Sequence record: PQ462667.1 | Length of the DNA: 64,000 nucleotides | Reading direction: 5' to 3' (one strand) | DNA from: Escherichia phage HMD-P3 | Shown here: in pieces, positions 24,381-34,127 of the stretch | Position numbering within the stretch: the first letter of the stretch is position 1 | How the letters are laid out: the number at the start of each line of letters is the position of its first letter | The notes under the pieces: model-generated | Told to the model about the DNA's origin: nothing | What the model saw: the letters and a program-made list of their open reading frames with translations, nothing else | The model's database searches: none | Position numbers and translations under genes: made by a program

Positions 24381-27170
24381 GTGTTCTCAATCCTACAAGG
24401 TCATGCAGGATTTCATCGCGATTTAGCCACAGGCAATTGGCGGGAAGTTAAAGCAGAAAACTATCTTTTTGCTAAAAGATTTTCCTCAAAGCATCCTGAA
24501 GGTAAACCAGCTTCAATGCCCTTCAAGTTTGATGTAATTGATGAAGTTGATCCTCAAACCCTAGTAGAAATGCTCCCTCTTATGAGACGTTTAACGTCTG
24601 ACCCTCATATCGTTGCGGTACGAGGTCGATGTCTTGCACCTAAAAATAATGTGCGACGTAAGAAGGGCAACTTTAATGTATCTAACCCAAGTCATATAAT
24701 TGCAATGGACGTGGATGGTATTGTAGATACAGGTGGTTGTAACAAGTTTGATCTTGTTGGCATGGCTCGACATATTATTAGAATGTTAAATAGTATTAGT
24801 GAGGATATGTTTCCTCTTGATGCAGGGTTTATCGCTCATGCATCGTCTTCGGCTGGGCTAAAACCAGGTATCCGAATGCACTTAATACTAGAATCTAATG
24901 TTAAAGTAACTCAGGGTCAAATCAAATTCTTATTTACATCTATCAACGAAAGTAGTAGACAAAAGTATGGCTTTGATATTGCCGACTTAGCTTATTACTC
25001 TTCCGTACAGCTCCATTATTTTGCAGATCCGTTATTTACTGATGGTATAGTAGATCCGTTTAAAGCGGAGGGTGCTTCACGTCTGGTATTTGTTAAGGGT
25101 TCTAAGGTAAACTTACCCAATAATCTGGTTGATTATGAAACAACTAGAGGTGAGTTTAAAGAGGAGTTTTACTCTTTACTCGACCAAATTAAGGGTAAAA
25201 AAGCTGCCTCTGATAAAGTAGAGGAAACTATCAGCGAACTAGAAGAAGCTGAGGATGGAGTGTACCTACGTATCATACCTAAACTCTATCACAGAGCTTT
25301 AGAGGATGGTGTTGATTTTGCGTGGCTAGAAAAAGAAATCCGTCCAGCCTTATCAGAATATATTGCAACTAAAGATAATAGTCGTAATATTCAAGATTAC
25401 TTTAATAACGGTCGTAAACAGGCTCTGAAAGCGTTTGTTAATAATTCTAAACGCGATATACCTGATGTTTTAAAAGGTATTCCACTTAAAAAGCTAGAAA
25501 CTAATTCTTTAGAAACTGATAACTTCTTGAAATTAAATACTGTACCACCAGAAGGTTATATGACTTTTGTAAAAGCAAGTCTAGGTACAGGTAAAACTAC
25601 GGCGGTTGTGCGTTGGTTAGATTCAGGAGTTATTAAGGGTAATTTCTTAGCAATTACCAATACTCGAGCACTGGTATCTTCAAATGCTAAGAAATTTAGT
25701 GCAGGACAATATGATAAGTCTGTAGATATGCTTAATTTTAAGCGTGGCGCTATTGACCGTATGTCCACAACTATTCACTCTTTGCATAAGTTCAAGAGTT
25801 TTATTGGTCAAATCGATGCAATCTTTATCGATGAATGTGATGCTGTAATGAATGACCTATTATTCGCCCCGGTTGTTAAACAACGTCGTGAATGTATTCA
25901 GGTTCTTCGGGATATTCTTGCAACTGCAAAAATCATTATATTATCTGATGGGGATATTAGTGCTGAAACAATTGAAGCATATGGTTCTTTGATTGAGTTT
26001 GATAAACCGGTTGCATTTTATAATCACCACCGTAAGATGCTGTCAAAAGCTCATGCTTATGAATTCCCTGATGAATCCAGTATTTGGGTTGCACTTCAGA
26101 CTTCTCTAGAGATGGGTGAGAAGTCTATCCTAGTATCTGACTGTGGTCCAGATGAACTGAATGAGAAGGGTATGGCATTGCGTCGTAATACGGGTGCGTT
26201 AGTTAAGGAAATCCACTCAAACTCTACGTCTGATGTAGATATTCGACGTATTCTGGATTACACAACTAATGAGCTAATTGACCAACAAATTGATTGCTTA
26301 TTATGTAGTCCATCCGTAACGAGTGGTGTTGACTTTAACTATTTTGATAACGTATTCGTTATCACTAGAACCTCAAACCAAGCGCCAAACATGCGTTTTC
26401 AAGCAATCAGGCGCGACCGTGGCGCTCAGAACATTTATTATTTTATTGATAAATCTACGAGTGGATTCTCCGCAGGTTCTGAACAATATAACATTGATGA
26501 AGGTTGGCTGGAGTTAGCACAGCAATTATACGCACGTCGTAGGGAGCTGGAATCTAGGAACTATACTAGTACTTTACGTTATTACTTGCTTGATCAGGGT
26601 GCAACTATTGATATTTTCAGTGAAAGCTGGGGAACTATCGAAGGTGCAGGAAAAGAGTATACGGAAGAGCGAATCAAAGCTATTTTGTATTCAACTCCTG
26701 ATTATTGTGCTCCACGCCATGCAGATGCGTATGAGGCTAAACTACTTCTTGTTCGCTATTATCATCTTGAGTCTATTAAAGATGTAACAGTTGAGCACGT
26801 TGAACAATATATCAAGGATAAACCGAATGATCGAGCTGCATTCTTCCATAAGATGCACGAGATGTTCTGGGAAGATATTAAGAAGTGTTCAAATGTCACT
26901 ATCAAACCATTCATAGAAGCTCTGAAAGGTAAGAAGAAAGATTTCTTCCTTAAAACAGGTCAGAGTGCTAACCCAAAATATGCAAGAATGTATCTTGGTA
27001 TGATGGGTATTGGTAAGGATATGAACACTGAAAATATTGTAGACTGGTACAGAACCTATTGTAAAATCGAGTGTATGCCAATCCCGTATAAGTTTATGAC
27101 TGATGAGGAGAAACATATGCATGATGAAGCAATGGCAGAGCTAGGTGCTAGAAATGACAGTGAAGAATAA
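24381..27170 (+). CDS. putative replication initiator / origin-binding P-loop NTPase (helicase-like), about 929 aa
   Basis: Walker A FVKASLGTGKTTAV and Walker B IFIDECDAV in the central region. The track ORF begins at 24183, but the first 66 codons have atypical codon usage and no RBS; an in-frame GTG at 24381 follows ACAGGAG by 8 nt. Start is uncertain. Confidence 0.55.
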   Translation: MFSILQGHAGFHRDLATGNWREVKAENYLFAKRFSSKHPEGKPASMPFKFDVIDEVDPQTLVEMLPLMRRLTSDPHIVAVRGRCLAPKNNVRRKKGNFNVSNPSHIIAMDVDGIVDTGGCNKFDLVGMARHIIRMLNSISEDMFPLDAGFIAHASSSAGLKPGIRMHLILESNVKVTQGQIKFLFTSINESSRQKYGFDIADLAYYSSVQLHYFADPLFTDGIVDPFKAEGASRLVFVKGSKVNLPNNLVDYETTRGEFKEEFYSLLDQIKGKKAASDKVEETISELEEAEDGVYLRIIPKLYHRALEDGVDFAWLEKEIRPALSEYIATKDNSRNIQDYFNNGRKQALKAFVNNSKRDIPDVLKGIPLKKLETNSLETDNFLKLNTVPPEGYMTFVKASLGTGKTTAVVRWLDSGVIKGNFLAITNTRALVSSNAKKFSAGQYDKSVDMLNFKRGAIDRMSTTIHSLHKFKSFIGQIDAIFIDECDAVMNDLLFAPVVKQRRECIQVLRDILATAKIIILSDGDISAETIEAYGSLIEFDKPVAFYNHHRKMLSKAHAYEFPDESSIWVALQTSLEMGEKSILVSDCGPDELNEKGMALRRNTGALVKEIHSNSTSDVDIRRILDYTTNELIDQQIDCLLCSPSVTSGVDFNYFDNVFVITRTSNQAPNMRFQAIRRDRGAQNIYYFIDKSTSGFSAGSEQYNIDEGWLELAQQLYARRRELESRNYTSTLRYYLLDQGATIDIFSESWGTIEGAGKEYTEERIKAILYSTPDYCAPRHADAYEAKLLLVRYYHLESIKDVTVEHVEQYIKDKPNDRAAFFHKMHEMFWEDIKKCSNVTIKPFIEALKGKKKDFFLKTGQSANPKYARMYLGMMGIGKDMNTENIVDWYRTYCKIECMPIPYKFMTDEEKHMHDEAMAELGARNDSEE

Positions 27171-27387
27171 AAAATGGGAAACAAGGAAGTTCCCAGTAAA
27201 AGAACGTAAAGTTCCTGTTTACGACACTTCGGAAAAGCTATGTAGGGTGGTACCGCATAGATTAGTTGGCATCCCTAACATATCCGAGTGGTTACTTAAA
27301 CAACGGAAAACAAACGTGTCTCTTCGCATCGGCTTTGAGTTAGATAAAGTCTATGCTGAACTTGCTTCTTTGCTCAAGGAATCGTAA
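27145..27387 (+). CDS. hypothetical small protein (80 aa)
   Basis: ORF overlapping the end of the preceding gene; weak. Confidence 0.3.
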   Translation: MLEMTVKNKKWETRKFPVKERKVPVYDTSEKLCRVVPHRLVGIPNISEWLLKQRKTNVSLRIGFELDKVYAELASLLKES

Positions 27388-27452
27388 AAATTTATTTGCT
27401 TTCAGGAAAATTTTTCTGTATAATAGATTTATAAATTTGAGAGAGGAGTTTA
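27383..27452 (+). promoter_or_regulatory. T5 early promoter, near-identical to PN25
   Basis: aaaatttatttgctttcaggaaaatttttctgtataatagatttataaatttgagagaggagtt matches my recollection of T5 PN25 with very few differences. Confidence 0.75.
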
Positions 27453-27455
27453 AAT

Positions 27456-28160
27456 ATGGCTGGTTCTCGTAGAAAGAAACACATTCATGAAATCCCGGAT
27501 GAAGTCTTTAAAAAGGTTATAGAGCATCTGGAGAACGGTGGTACTAAGAAAGCAGCATGTGAAATGCTCGGCGTATCGTCCAATCCAACTATGGAAAGGA
27601 TGATTGAAGAATGGCAAGACCGCCAGATCCAAGTTGCCGAAATGAAGAAAAAGAAACGTGGCACACTTATTGAAGGCATCGAGTTAGCTAACGTTATTGA
27701 GCAGTATTTATCTGGTGATTCTTTTGAAGAAATTGCCGATCGTAATTATCGCTCTGTAGCAATGGTTAAATCTGTTCTGGAACGATACGGTGCTCTACTT
27801 CGTTTGAATGATATTGTAGATCCATTGAATCCTCCGATTATTCCTGATGATGCTGTAGCAGAAGAATTTGCAGTTGGTGAACTTGTTTGGGTTCCTGGAT
27901 ACCAGTGTATCGGTGAAATCAAAAAAGCAATGGATAATCCTGTTGGTTGCTACCGTGTATGGCTTCTATCAGAAGGCAAACAACAGAACGTCCATTATAT
28001 GAATTACGAGCTGGCTTCTGTTAAACATCTGGAAAAGTTAGGGGTAGACGTAAAATCTCTGGGGTATAAATGGACTCGTGAAGAAATTATTACGTTGATT
28101 AACGAAGCTGTTAAGGCTGCCCTGAAACTTGATAAAGAAAAAGGAAAACGCCGTGAGTAA
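27456..28160 (+). CDS. DNA-binding protein with N-terminal HTH (possibly T5 D5-like)
   Basis: N-terminal IEHLENGGTKKAACEMLGVSSNPTMERMIEEW resembles an HTH; downstream of the PN25-like promoter. Confidence 0.5.
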   Translation: MAGSRRKKHIHEIPDEVFKKVIEHLENGGTKKAACEMLGVSSNPTMERMIEEWQDRQIQVAEMKKKKRGTLIEGIELANVIEQYLSGDSFEEIADRNYRSVAMVKSVLERYGALLRLNDIVDPLNPPIIPDDAVAEEFAVGELVWVPGYQCIGEIKKAMDNPVGCYRVWLLSEGKQQNVHYMNYELASVKHLEKLGVDVKSLGYKWTREEIITLINEAVKAALKLDKEKGKRRE

Positions 28161-28383
28161 ACTAACAGATTTGCTTAAAGATGGAGATGTAAAATATCTC
28201 CAGCGTGATAGTTGGGAAAATAATAAATACTTTACAGTGGTTTTAGAATTTAACGTAGGGCAGGGTACAGTGACCGAACATGTGTGGGAGAACGGTATGG
28301 AATCCCCACTTATCCGTCAAGTAAACCTTACCCTAGACGAGGCTCTGGCCGACGATTGGGAGATCATTGAGCTAGATGTGTAG
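28129..28383 (+). CDS. hypothetical protein (84 aa)
   Basis: ORF overlapping the previous stop. Confidence 0.4.
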   Translation: MIKKKENAVSKLTDLLKDGDVKYLQRDSWENNKYFTVVLEFNVGQGTVTEHVWENGMESPLIRQVNLTLDEALADDWEIIELDV

Positions 28384-28489
28384 CAATTACAGAAAAATTT
28401 CAGTTGCTTAATCCTATAATTCTTGATATAATATTCTCATAGTTTGAAAGAACTATTCTGTTTAATTCTTAATTAAGGAAATATAAAAT

Positions 28490-28900
28490 ATGACTACTCC
28501 AACTCAGTGGACTGATGAACTGTTCGAAAAAATGTCTTCCGAATACGTTGCTCGTATGGAGCAATTCCCAGAGGATGAACGTCCGGGTGTTAGCATGGAA
28601 ATTGTTAGCGAAATTGCCCAGGAAAATGGTGTAACTCCGAACGGTTTTCGTATGAAGCTGACTAAAGCAGGTTTGTATATCAAGAAAGCTGCTGGCTCTG
28701 CTTCTAAATCTAGCGCATCTACTGGAGAAAAAGCTTCTGGTGGTTCTCGTACTTCCAAAGCCCAGGCGCATGCAGATCTTCGTTCAGCGTTCTCTGATGC
28801 TGGCCTAGCACCAGATTTTCTGGATGATGCAATTATCGACAAACTGACCGGTAAAGCGGCTGCTCATCTGGCAGAAGCAATCCGAGCTATCACTAAGTAA
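28490..28900 (+). CDS. hypothetical protein (136 aa)
   Basis: ORF with RBS (AAGGAAA) and its own promoter-like element (cttgatataatattctcat) upstream. Confidence 0.5.
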   Translation: MTTPTQWTDELFEKMSSEYVARMEQFPEDERPGVSMEIVSEIAQENGVTPNGFRMKLTKAGLYIKKAAGSASKSSASTGEKASGGSRTSKAQAHADLRSAFSDAGLAPDFLDDAIIDKLTGKAAAHLAEAIRAITK

Positions 28901-28936
28901 TTTTTAGATAAATCCACCAACAAAAGGAACACAGTT

Positions 28937-29233
28937 ATGACCAAAGCTGAAATTATCGCACAATGTGAAAAATTTGGTGAGTTTTATCTTCATTACGAGA
29001 AACTTCGTCAGAAAGGAACCACGTACCTTCAGGGTACGATGGAATTTGATCCAGCCCAAGATAAATATCTGGCTGAGCGTATTAAACGTGAACGTATTCG
29101 TAAAGCGAAAGATGATGAAATCCTTGTCTTCTCTCGTACTAATGATAGCTTCCGTTTTATTCCTGTCGAGAAAGTCCGTCGTGTGACTAGCCTCCAATCA
29201 GAGTTAGATCGTGCTTCTCCAGTAGGCCGATAA
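28937..29233 (+). CDS. hypothetical protein (98 aa)
   Basis: ORF with RBS AAGGAAC. Confidence 0.45.
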   Translation: MTKAEIIAQCEKFGEFYLHYEKLRQKGTTYLQGTMEFDPAQDKYLAERIKRERIRKAKDDEILVFSRTNDSFRFIPVEKVRRVTSLQSELDRASPVGR

Positions 29234-29283
29234 GAAACCAATTAGCCCCTATATGGGGCTTTTTGTGTATTTGGGATATGTAA

Positions 29284-29592
29284 ATGAGCGAACAGGTAAA
29301 TCAAAACTATGAAGGACACGTTGATGACCAGTCCATCATACTTTGGGAGAAGGAGGGAGAACAAGTAAGATTAACAGTATCTGAATTTCGTGGGAATCTA
29401 TACATGGGTATTCGTTACTGGCTTCTTGATATTAATGATGAATGGTTTCCAACGAAATCTGGCTTCTCTTTTCCTTACACCCTAGAAACAACATCACAGC
29501 TTTTCTATGCGTTTACACAGATTCTTAGCGAATCTGAGGTTTTACATGAAGTACAGAAACGAGCTGAAGAACTCAAAGCCAAGAATGCCTAG
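29284..29592 (+). CDS. PC4/Sub1-like ssDNA-binding protein
   Basis: VRLTVSEFRGNLYMGIRYW fits the PC4 C-terminal domain signature; a PC4-like protein is documented for T5. Confidence 0.55.
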   Translation: MSEQVNQNYEGHVDDQSIILWEKEGEQVRLTVSEFRGNLYMGIRYWLLDINDEWFPTKSGFSFPYTLETTSQLFYAFTQILSESEVLHEVQKRAEELKAKNA

Positions 29593-29604
29593 TTCTTGGC
29601 TTTT

Positions 29605-29676
29605 TCTTTATAAATGTATTTGCTTTCAACTCAGTTTTGTTATATAATATTTATATAAATTGATGAGAGGATCAAT
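29605..29676 (+). promoter_or_regulatory. T5-type early promoter
   Basis: tgtatttgctttcaactcagttttgttatataatatttatataaattgatgagagg. Confidence 0.55.
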
Positions 29677-29866
29677 TATGAACATAACACTTCCAAAAAT
29701 TCAAGCAAAGTTAAACCTAGTATCAACTGCTAGAAATAACTATCTAGATAACTTTGGTGGAATCAACGATAAAGCGTACAAAGATGCGTGGTTGAAAGAA
29801 GCGCAAGAGTTAGCCGATCTCACTACTCAGTATAGTAAAGAACTACAGGTAGAAATGAATGACTAA
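29660..29866 (+). CDS. hypothetical protein (68 aa)
   Basis: ORF immediately upstream of, and overlapping, the ligase N-fragment. Confidence 0.4.
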   Translation: MMRGSIMNITLPKIQAKLNLVSTARNNYLDNFGGINDKAYKDAWLKEAQELADLTTQYSKELQVEMND

Positions 29867-30830
29867 TGTAAAAGACTTTATTAAACGTTGTCAAGAAGCA
29901 TATTACCAGGGAATGTCTTTAATCTCTGACGAAGAATATGATCGTCTGATTAAAAGATTTCCGTTAGAAGAAGAGATCGGGCCTAAGGGTGATATTCCAC
30001 ATCTGTATCGTATGTATTCTTTACAGAAAGTTTATTATAATCGTGGAGATAAACCTCCGTTTAACCCATTAGGTCAGGTAGAAACTGATAAGTTAGATGG
30101 TTGTGCGATTTCTCTGTTATATATTAATGGCGAATTTGTTCAAGCACTAACTCGTGGTAATGGTATTCTAGGGAACGATGTCACAAGCAACGTAAGATTG
30201 CTGAACATTCCTAAAAAGATTTCCCAAAAAGTACCTACTCAAATCACTGGTGAAGTTCTAATTACAAAAGAAGTAGAAAATAAACGTAACTTTGCCTCTG
30301 GTGCTATTAACCTCAAAGATAGTGATGATTTCGTACAGCGTATCGGAGAAGGTGGTTTAATCTTCGTTGCATACGGTATCCAGTGTTCTGGTGAATCTGT
30401 AGGTATTACAGAAACGTATTTAAAAGATATGCTTTGGCTAGAGAATGAGAACTTCTTAACAGTTGTTAATGTGCGTTCCTTCTTTAAGTGGATTCCAACG
30501 GATGGTAAAGTTGTTCGTATTAATGACAACAACAAATTCTTCCGAGAAGGCTGGACTAATAAATTTCCTCGTGGAGCATTCGCTATTAAAGAGGATGAAG
30601 AAGGTGAGATTACTACTCTTACTAAAGTTGAATGGCAGGTAGGGGCTTCTGGTAAAGTAACTCCAGTTGGTTATTTCGAACCGGTAATTATTGATGATGC
30701 TACAATTGTTAAGGCGACTCTTAATAACGTTGATTATATTAACTCTCTCGATCTAGAGATCGGTTGCCAGATTCGAGTAATTCGTGCTGGTGGTGTAATC
30801 CCGTGCATAGTAGAGCGAGTATACGATTAA
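29859..30830 (+). CDS. ligA: NAD-dependent DNA ligase, N-terminal fragment (adenylation + OB domains)
   Basis: EEYDRLIKRF, adenylation lysine motif KLDGCAISLLY, TRGNGILGNDVTSNV and an OB-domain tail align to bacterial LigA. Confidence 0.85.
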   Translation: MTNVKDFIKRCQEAYYQGMSLISDEEYDRLIKRFPLEEEIGPKGDIPHLYRMYSLQKVYYNRGDKPPFNPLGQVETDKLDGCAISLLYINGEFVQALTRGNGILGNDVTSNVRLLNIPKKISQKVPTQITGEVLITKEVENKRNFASGAINLKDSDDFVQRIGEGGLIFVAYGIQCSGESVGITETYLKDMLWLENENFLTVVNVRSFFKWIPTDGKVVRINDNNKFFREGWTNKFPRGAFAIKEDEEGEITTLTKVEWQVGASGKVTPVGYFEPVIIDDATIVKATLNNVDYINSLDLEIGCQIRVIRAGGVIPCIVERVYD

Positions 30831-31029
30831 TACATAACCCTTTGCTACCCATCTACCATATCGGAATTATAAAGTGGTTATTGACATTTTCGCCGCTTAG
30901 GTATATACTATTATCATTCAGTTGAGGGATAGAAAGTTATGGCGAGGGTAAGCAAAGTTAGTTAAAATTGTAGTTGCTAAATGCTTAAATACTTGCTATA
31001 ATATTTATATAAATTGATAAGGAAGAAAT

Positions 31030-31812
31030 TTGATGAAAATCGAAATTCCAATACAATGTCCCTCTTGTGGTTCTAAGCTAGATCTTGTCAACGGACAATT
31101 ATTCTGTCGGAATAAGTCCAACTGTCCAGCGCAATCAAGTAAGTTAATTGAGAACTTCTGTACAAAAATGAAGTTAAAGGGCTTTGGCCCAAAAACTATT
31201 GAGAAGCTGGAGCTGACGAAGATTTCAGAACTATTCTACCTAACCGAAGAAGATTTGGTTAGAGCCGTGGGTAGCAAGGTTGCCGCTAAATTAATTAGCG
31301 AATTAAATACTAAAGTTCGCGGAGACATTGACTTTGGTTCAGTTCTCGGTTCTTTAGGAATCCCTCTAATTGGAGAGGTTGCAGCAAAGAAATTATCCCA
31401 AAATTGCACTAGCTTCCACGATGTGAAGGCTGACGGCAAGGCTGGAGAAAACTATAAAACCTGGCTAAATTCCCCACAAGGCAAGGATGTTATTGAATTA
31501 CCGTGGAAATTCTCAACTGGTATCAGAGGTGCAAAAGCTAATATTATCATTACAGATGAATTAGTTGCCCAGCCAAACGGAATCGCGGTATGTATTACCG
31601 GATCTTTGCAAGATTTTGCAAATCGAACGGATGCAACAAACTATTTAGAAAGTCTAGGATATACGGTTAAGAAATCCGTTACCAAAGACGTCAAATACCT
31701 AATCTGTGAGGATGAATCAAAACGTTCTTCCTCATCTTATAAGAAAGCCGAAACGAATGGGATAGAAATCCTGTCGATTAAAGAACTATTGGAGAAAAAT
31801 AATAATGTCTAA
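31030..31812 (+). CDS. ligB: NAD-dependent DNA ligase, C-terminal fragment (Zn finger, HhH, BRCT)
   Basis: CPSCGSKLDLVNGQLFCRNKSNCPAQ (LigA Cys4 zinc finger), helix-hairpin-helix segment, BRCT-like ICITGSL...; separated from the N-fragment by a 199-bp gap carrying promoters. Confidence 0.85.
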   Translation: MMKIEIPIQCPSCGSKLDLVNGQLFCRNKSNCPAQSSKLIENFCTKMKLKGFGPKTIEKLELTKISELFYLTEEDLVRAVGSKVAAKLISELNTKVRGDIDFGSVLGSLGIPLIGEVAAKKLSQNCTSFHDVKADGKAGENYKTWLNSPQGKDVIELPWKFSTGIRGAKANIIITDELVAQPNGIAVCITGSLQDFANRTDATNYLESLGYTVKKSVTKDVKYLICEDESKRSSSSYKKAETNGIEILSIKELLEKNNNV

Positions 31813-32572
31813 ACTGAACTGGAACGTAGAAGGTGTAACCGAGTCTCTGAAAGCAAAAGCCACTGCTCTGGGTGTTGCTGTAATCTCTCAAGAACAAGTA
31901 GCTGCTATCGCTGCTGAACTGGCTGCTGAAACTGGCAAAGACGTTACAGCTCGCTCTGTCGGCTCTAAACTGCGTAAAGAAGGTTTTGAAGTACAGAAAG
32001 CTAACGAAGTACAGAAATCCCCGTGGACTCCTGAGCAGGAAGCTGAACTGGTTGATTTCCTGAACGCTCATGCTGGTCAGTACACCTATGCTGAAATCGC
32101 TGCTGCTGTAGCTGGTGGTCAGTTCGGTGCTAAACAGGTACAGGGTAAGATCCTGAGTCTGGAAATGACCGCTTCTGTTAAGCCAACCGAAAAAGCTGCT
32201 GCTGTTCGTTCCTTTACTCCAGATGAAGAAACTGATTTTGTTAATCAGGTTGTTGCTGGTGCTACTATTGAAGCTATCGCTGCTCACTTCGGTCGTAATA
32301 TCAAGCAGATCCGTGGTAAAGCTCTGAGCCTGCTTCGTGAAGGTCGTATCGCTGCTATGCCGGTACAGGAAACTTCAAGTGCTAAAACTCGTGAAGATCT
32401 GTTAGAAGGTCTGGATCTGGTTAACATGACTGTTGCTGAGATCGCTGAGAAAACTGGTAAGTCTGAGCGCGGTGTTAAATCTATGCTGTCTCGTCGTGGT
32501 CTGGTTGCTAAGGACTATGATGGTGCCGCTAAGCGTGCTAAACTGGATGCAAAAGCTGCGGCTGCTGAATAA
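31805..32572 (+). CDS. protein with three tandem ~50-aa alpha-helical repeats
   Basis: Three repeats of the form (T)PE/DE..E.V.F.N...G.T..EIAA..G.....V.GK.LSL...; the third continues ...MTVAEIAEKTGKSERGVKSMLSRRGL (HTH/SAP-like); terminator downstream. Confidence 0.55.
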   Translation: MSKLNWNVEGVTESLKAKATALGVAVISQEQVAAIAAELAAETGKDVTARSVGSKLRKEGFEVQKANEVQKSPWTPEQEAELVDFLNAHAGQYTYAEIAAAVAGGQFGAKQVQGKILSLEMTASVKPTEKAAAVRSFTPDEETDFVNQVVAGATIEAIAAHFGRNIKQIRGKALSLLREGRIAAMPVQETSSAKTREDLLEGLDLVNMTVAEIAEKTGKSERGVKSMLSRRGLVAKDYDGAAKRAKLDAKAAAAE

Positions 32573-32588
32573 TCTGGTAAATTAAACC

Positions 32589-32622
32589 TAAGGGGAGGGG
32601 GCTATGCTCCTTCCCCTTTTTG
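32589..32622 (+). terminator. rho-independent terminator
   Basis: aaggggagggggctatgctccttcccctttttg: G/C-rich stem with T-run; the track ORF start at 32604 lies inside it. Confidence 0.6.
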
Positions 32623-32654
32623 CATTTAGAAGGCACGAAAGCGTGCAAAGGAGA

Positions 32655-34127
32655 ATGACCTTGTTTAACGTGCAAGCTGTAGTGTTGAAGATGCTTCTCG
32701 CTTCTGAACAGAAGCAAATAGCATTGGAAACATTCTCAAAACTGCATAAAGATCATTTTAATGACGCTTTCTCCTCAATTTACCAAGCCGTCCAGAATTA
32801 TTATAAAAAATATAACACAATGCCGTCCATTGACGCACTTATGCTTGAAGCTAATAGGAACGCCCGCCTTTCTCAAGCTCTAGTCGTCTTAGCTAACACT
32901 CAAATTCCAGAAGTGAGCATGGAACAGGCACTTGAAGTCCTAGAGGCTGAATATACACAGGATTTATTCCTGAAGCTTCTAGAAACAGACGTGCTTCAAG
33001 ATTTAACAATGCTGGATCAGGGAGAAATTCTCAACCGAGTTGCCTCCCTTCACTTAAAATTAGAAGAGAAAGTAACGAATACTGGAAAAGTATTCAACGC
33101 AGATAACATGCGTATTTTCCAGAGAGAAGAAGATACCAAACTGAACTTAATCGCTCTTGGTATTTGTAATGAGTTCGACGCTCAAATTGGTTTAGCTCGC
33201 ACAGAAACGTTACTGCTTGGTGGTTGGCGTGGTACTGGTAAATCCATTATCTGTTCAAACATACAGGTTCAGCAATATTTGAATGGAGATATTGCTCCAT
33301 ACTTCTCAATTGAGATGAAAGAACATGAAGTATTTAGACGTAATCTAGCCATGTTAGCAGGTGTATCAGCACTAGCAATGCGTAATAATACTCTAGAAGG
33401 TGCAGCTCTGTTGAGATTAGCCAGAACTAGAGCTAGAATGTTTAATGGTGGTGAAGAGCTTTTTGATAACTTCGTTAAACAGTACACAATGGCTAAGATG
33501 AGTGATTTCTACGATATGGAGAGTAAGCTAATAGAAGGATATGAGCTACATACTCCTATGATTATTGTTTATGACCCTGAGCTGTCTATTACAACAGTTG
33601 ACGTAGAACTAAATAAATTAGTTGCTAGATATGGAGATAAAGTTACAGTAGCTTTACTGGACTATATTAACCAAACCCGACTTCCAGATTCTAAAACCAT
33701 TGATATGTATGACTGGAAAGAACAGATGGTTGTTAGCTCGTCTTTCAAATCTATCTGCCAGAAACATAACGTGGCTGGTGTAGCTCCTTACCAGATCGAT
33801 CAAGATGGTAGAACACGTATGTCAAAGGGGATTCTTGATTCCGCGGATATGGCTGCTAATCTTAATGCTGCAAAAGCTGATAATGGTCAAGGTGCTATTA
33901 TGTTTGACTTCGTTAAGACTCGTTCTTCTGATAGCGTGAAGTTTATGCCTAAGATGAACTGGGAAACTCTGCGAATGGATAACACTACCAACCTAGCAAT
34001 GGAAGACATATCTCAAATGGAAGCTGAGTTCGTTATCCCTATTGAGAAGGATAAGCCGGCTCAACCTAAACGTGCTAAGAAAGACAAAGCTGAAAATTCA
34101 ACAGGTGAACAGGCCAGCGATATATGA
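32655..34127 (+). CDS. DnaB-like / RecA-fold replicative helicase
   Basis: Walker A LLGGWRGTGKS and Walker B-like VALLDYINQ; start set to ATG 32655 (RBS AAGGAGA; a TTG at 32661 is an alternative) rather than the track start inside the terminator. Confidence 0.6.
   Translation: MTLFNVQAVVLKMLLASEQKQIALETFSKLHKDHFNDAFSSIYQAVQNYYKKYNTMPSIDALMLEANRNARLSQALVVLANTQIPEVSMEQALEVLEAEYTQDLFLKLLETDVLQDLTMLDQGEILNRVASLHLKLEEKVTNTGKVFNADNMRIFQREEDTKLNLIALGICNEFDAQIGLARTETLLLGGWRGTGKSIICSNIQVQQYLNGDIAPYFSIEMKEHEVFRRNLAMLAGVSALAMRNNTLEGAALLRLARTRARMFNGGEELFDNFVKQYTMAKMSDFYDMESKLIEGYELHTPMIIVYDPELSITTVDVELNKLVARYGDKVTVALLDYINQTRLPDSKTIDMYDWKEQMVVSSSFKSICQKHNVAGVAPYQIDQDGRTRMSKGILDSADMAANLNAAKADNGQGAIMFDFVKTRSSDSVKFMPKMNWETLRMDNTTNLAMEDISQMEAEFVIPIEKDKPAQPKRAKKDKAENSTGEQASDI

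Noticed and set aside
30831-31029. Gap between the ligase fragments as a possible group I intron or intein
   Set aside because: Too short (199 bp) for a typical group I/II intron or intein; it contains recognisable promoter elements and the downstream fragment has its own RBS and ATG at a domain boundary.
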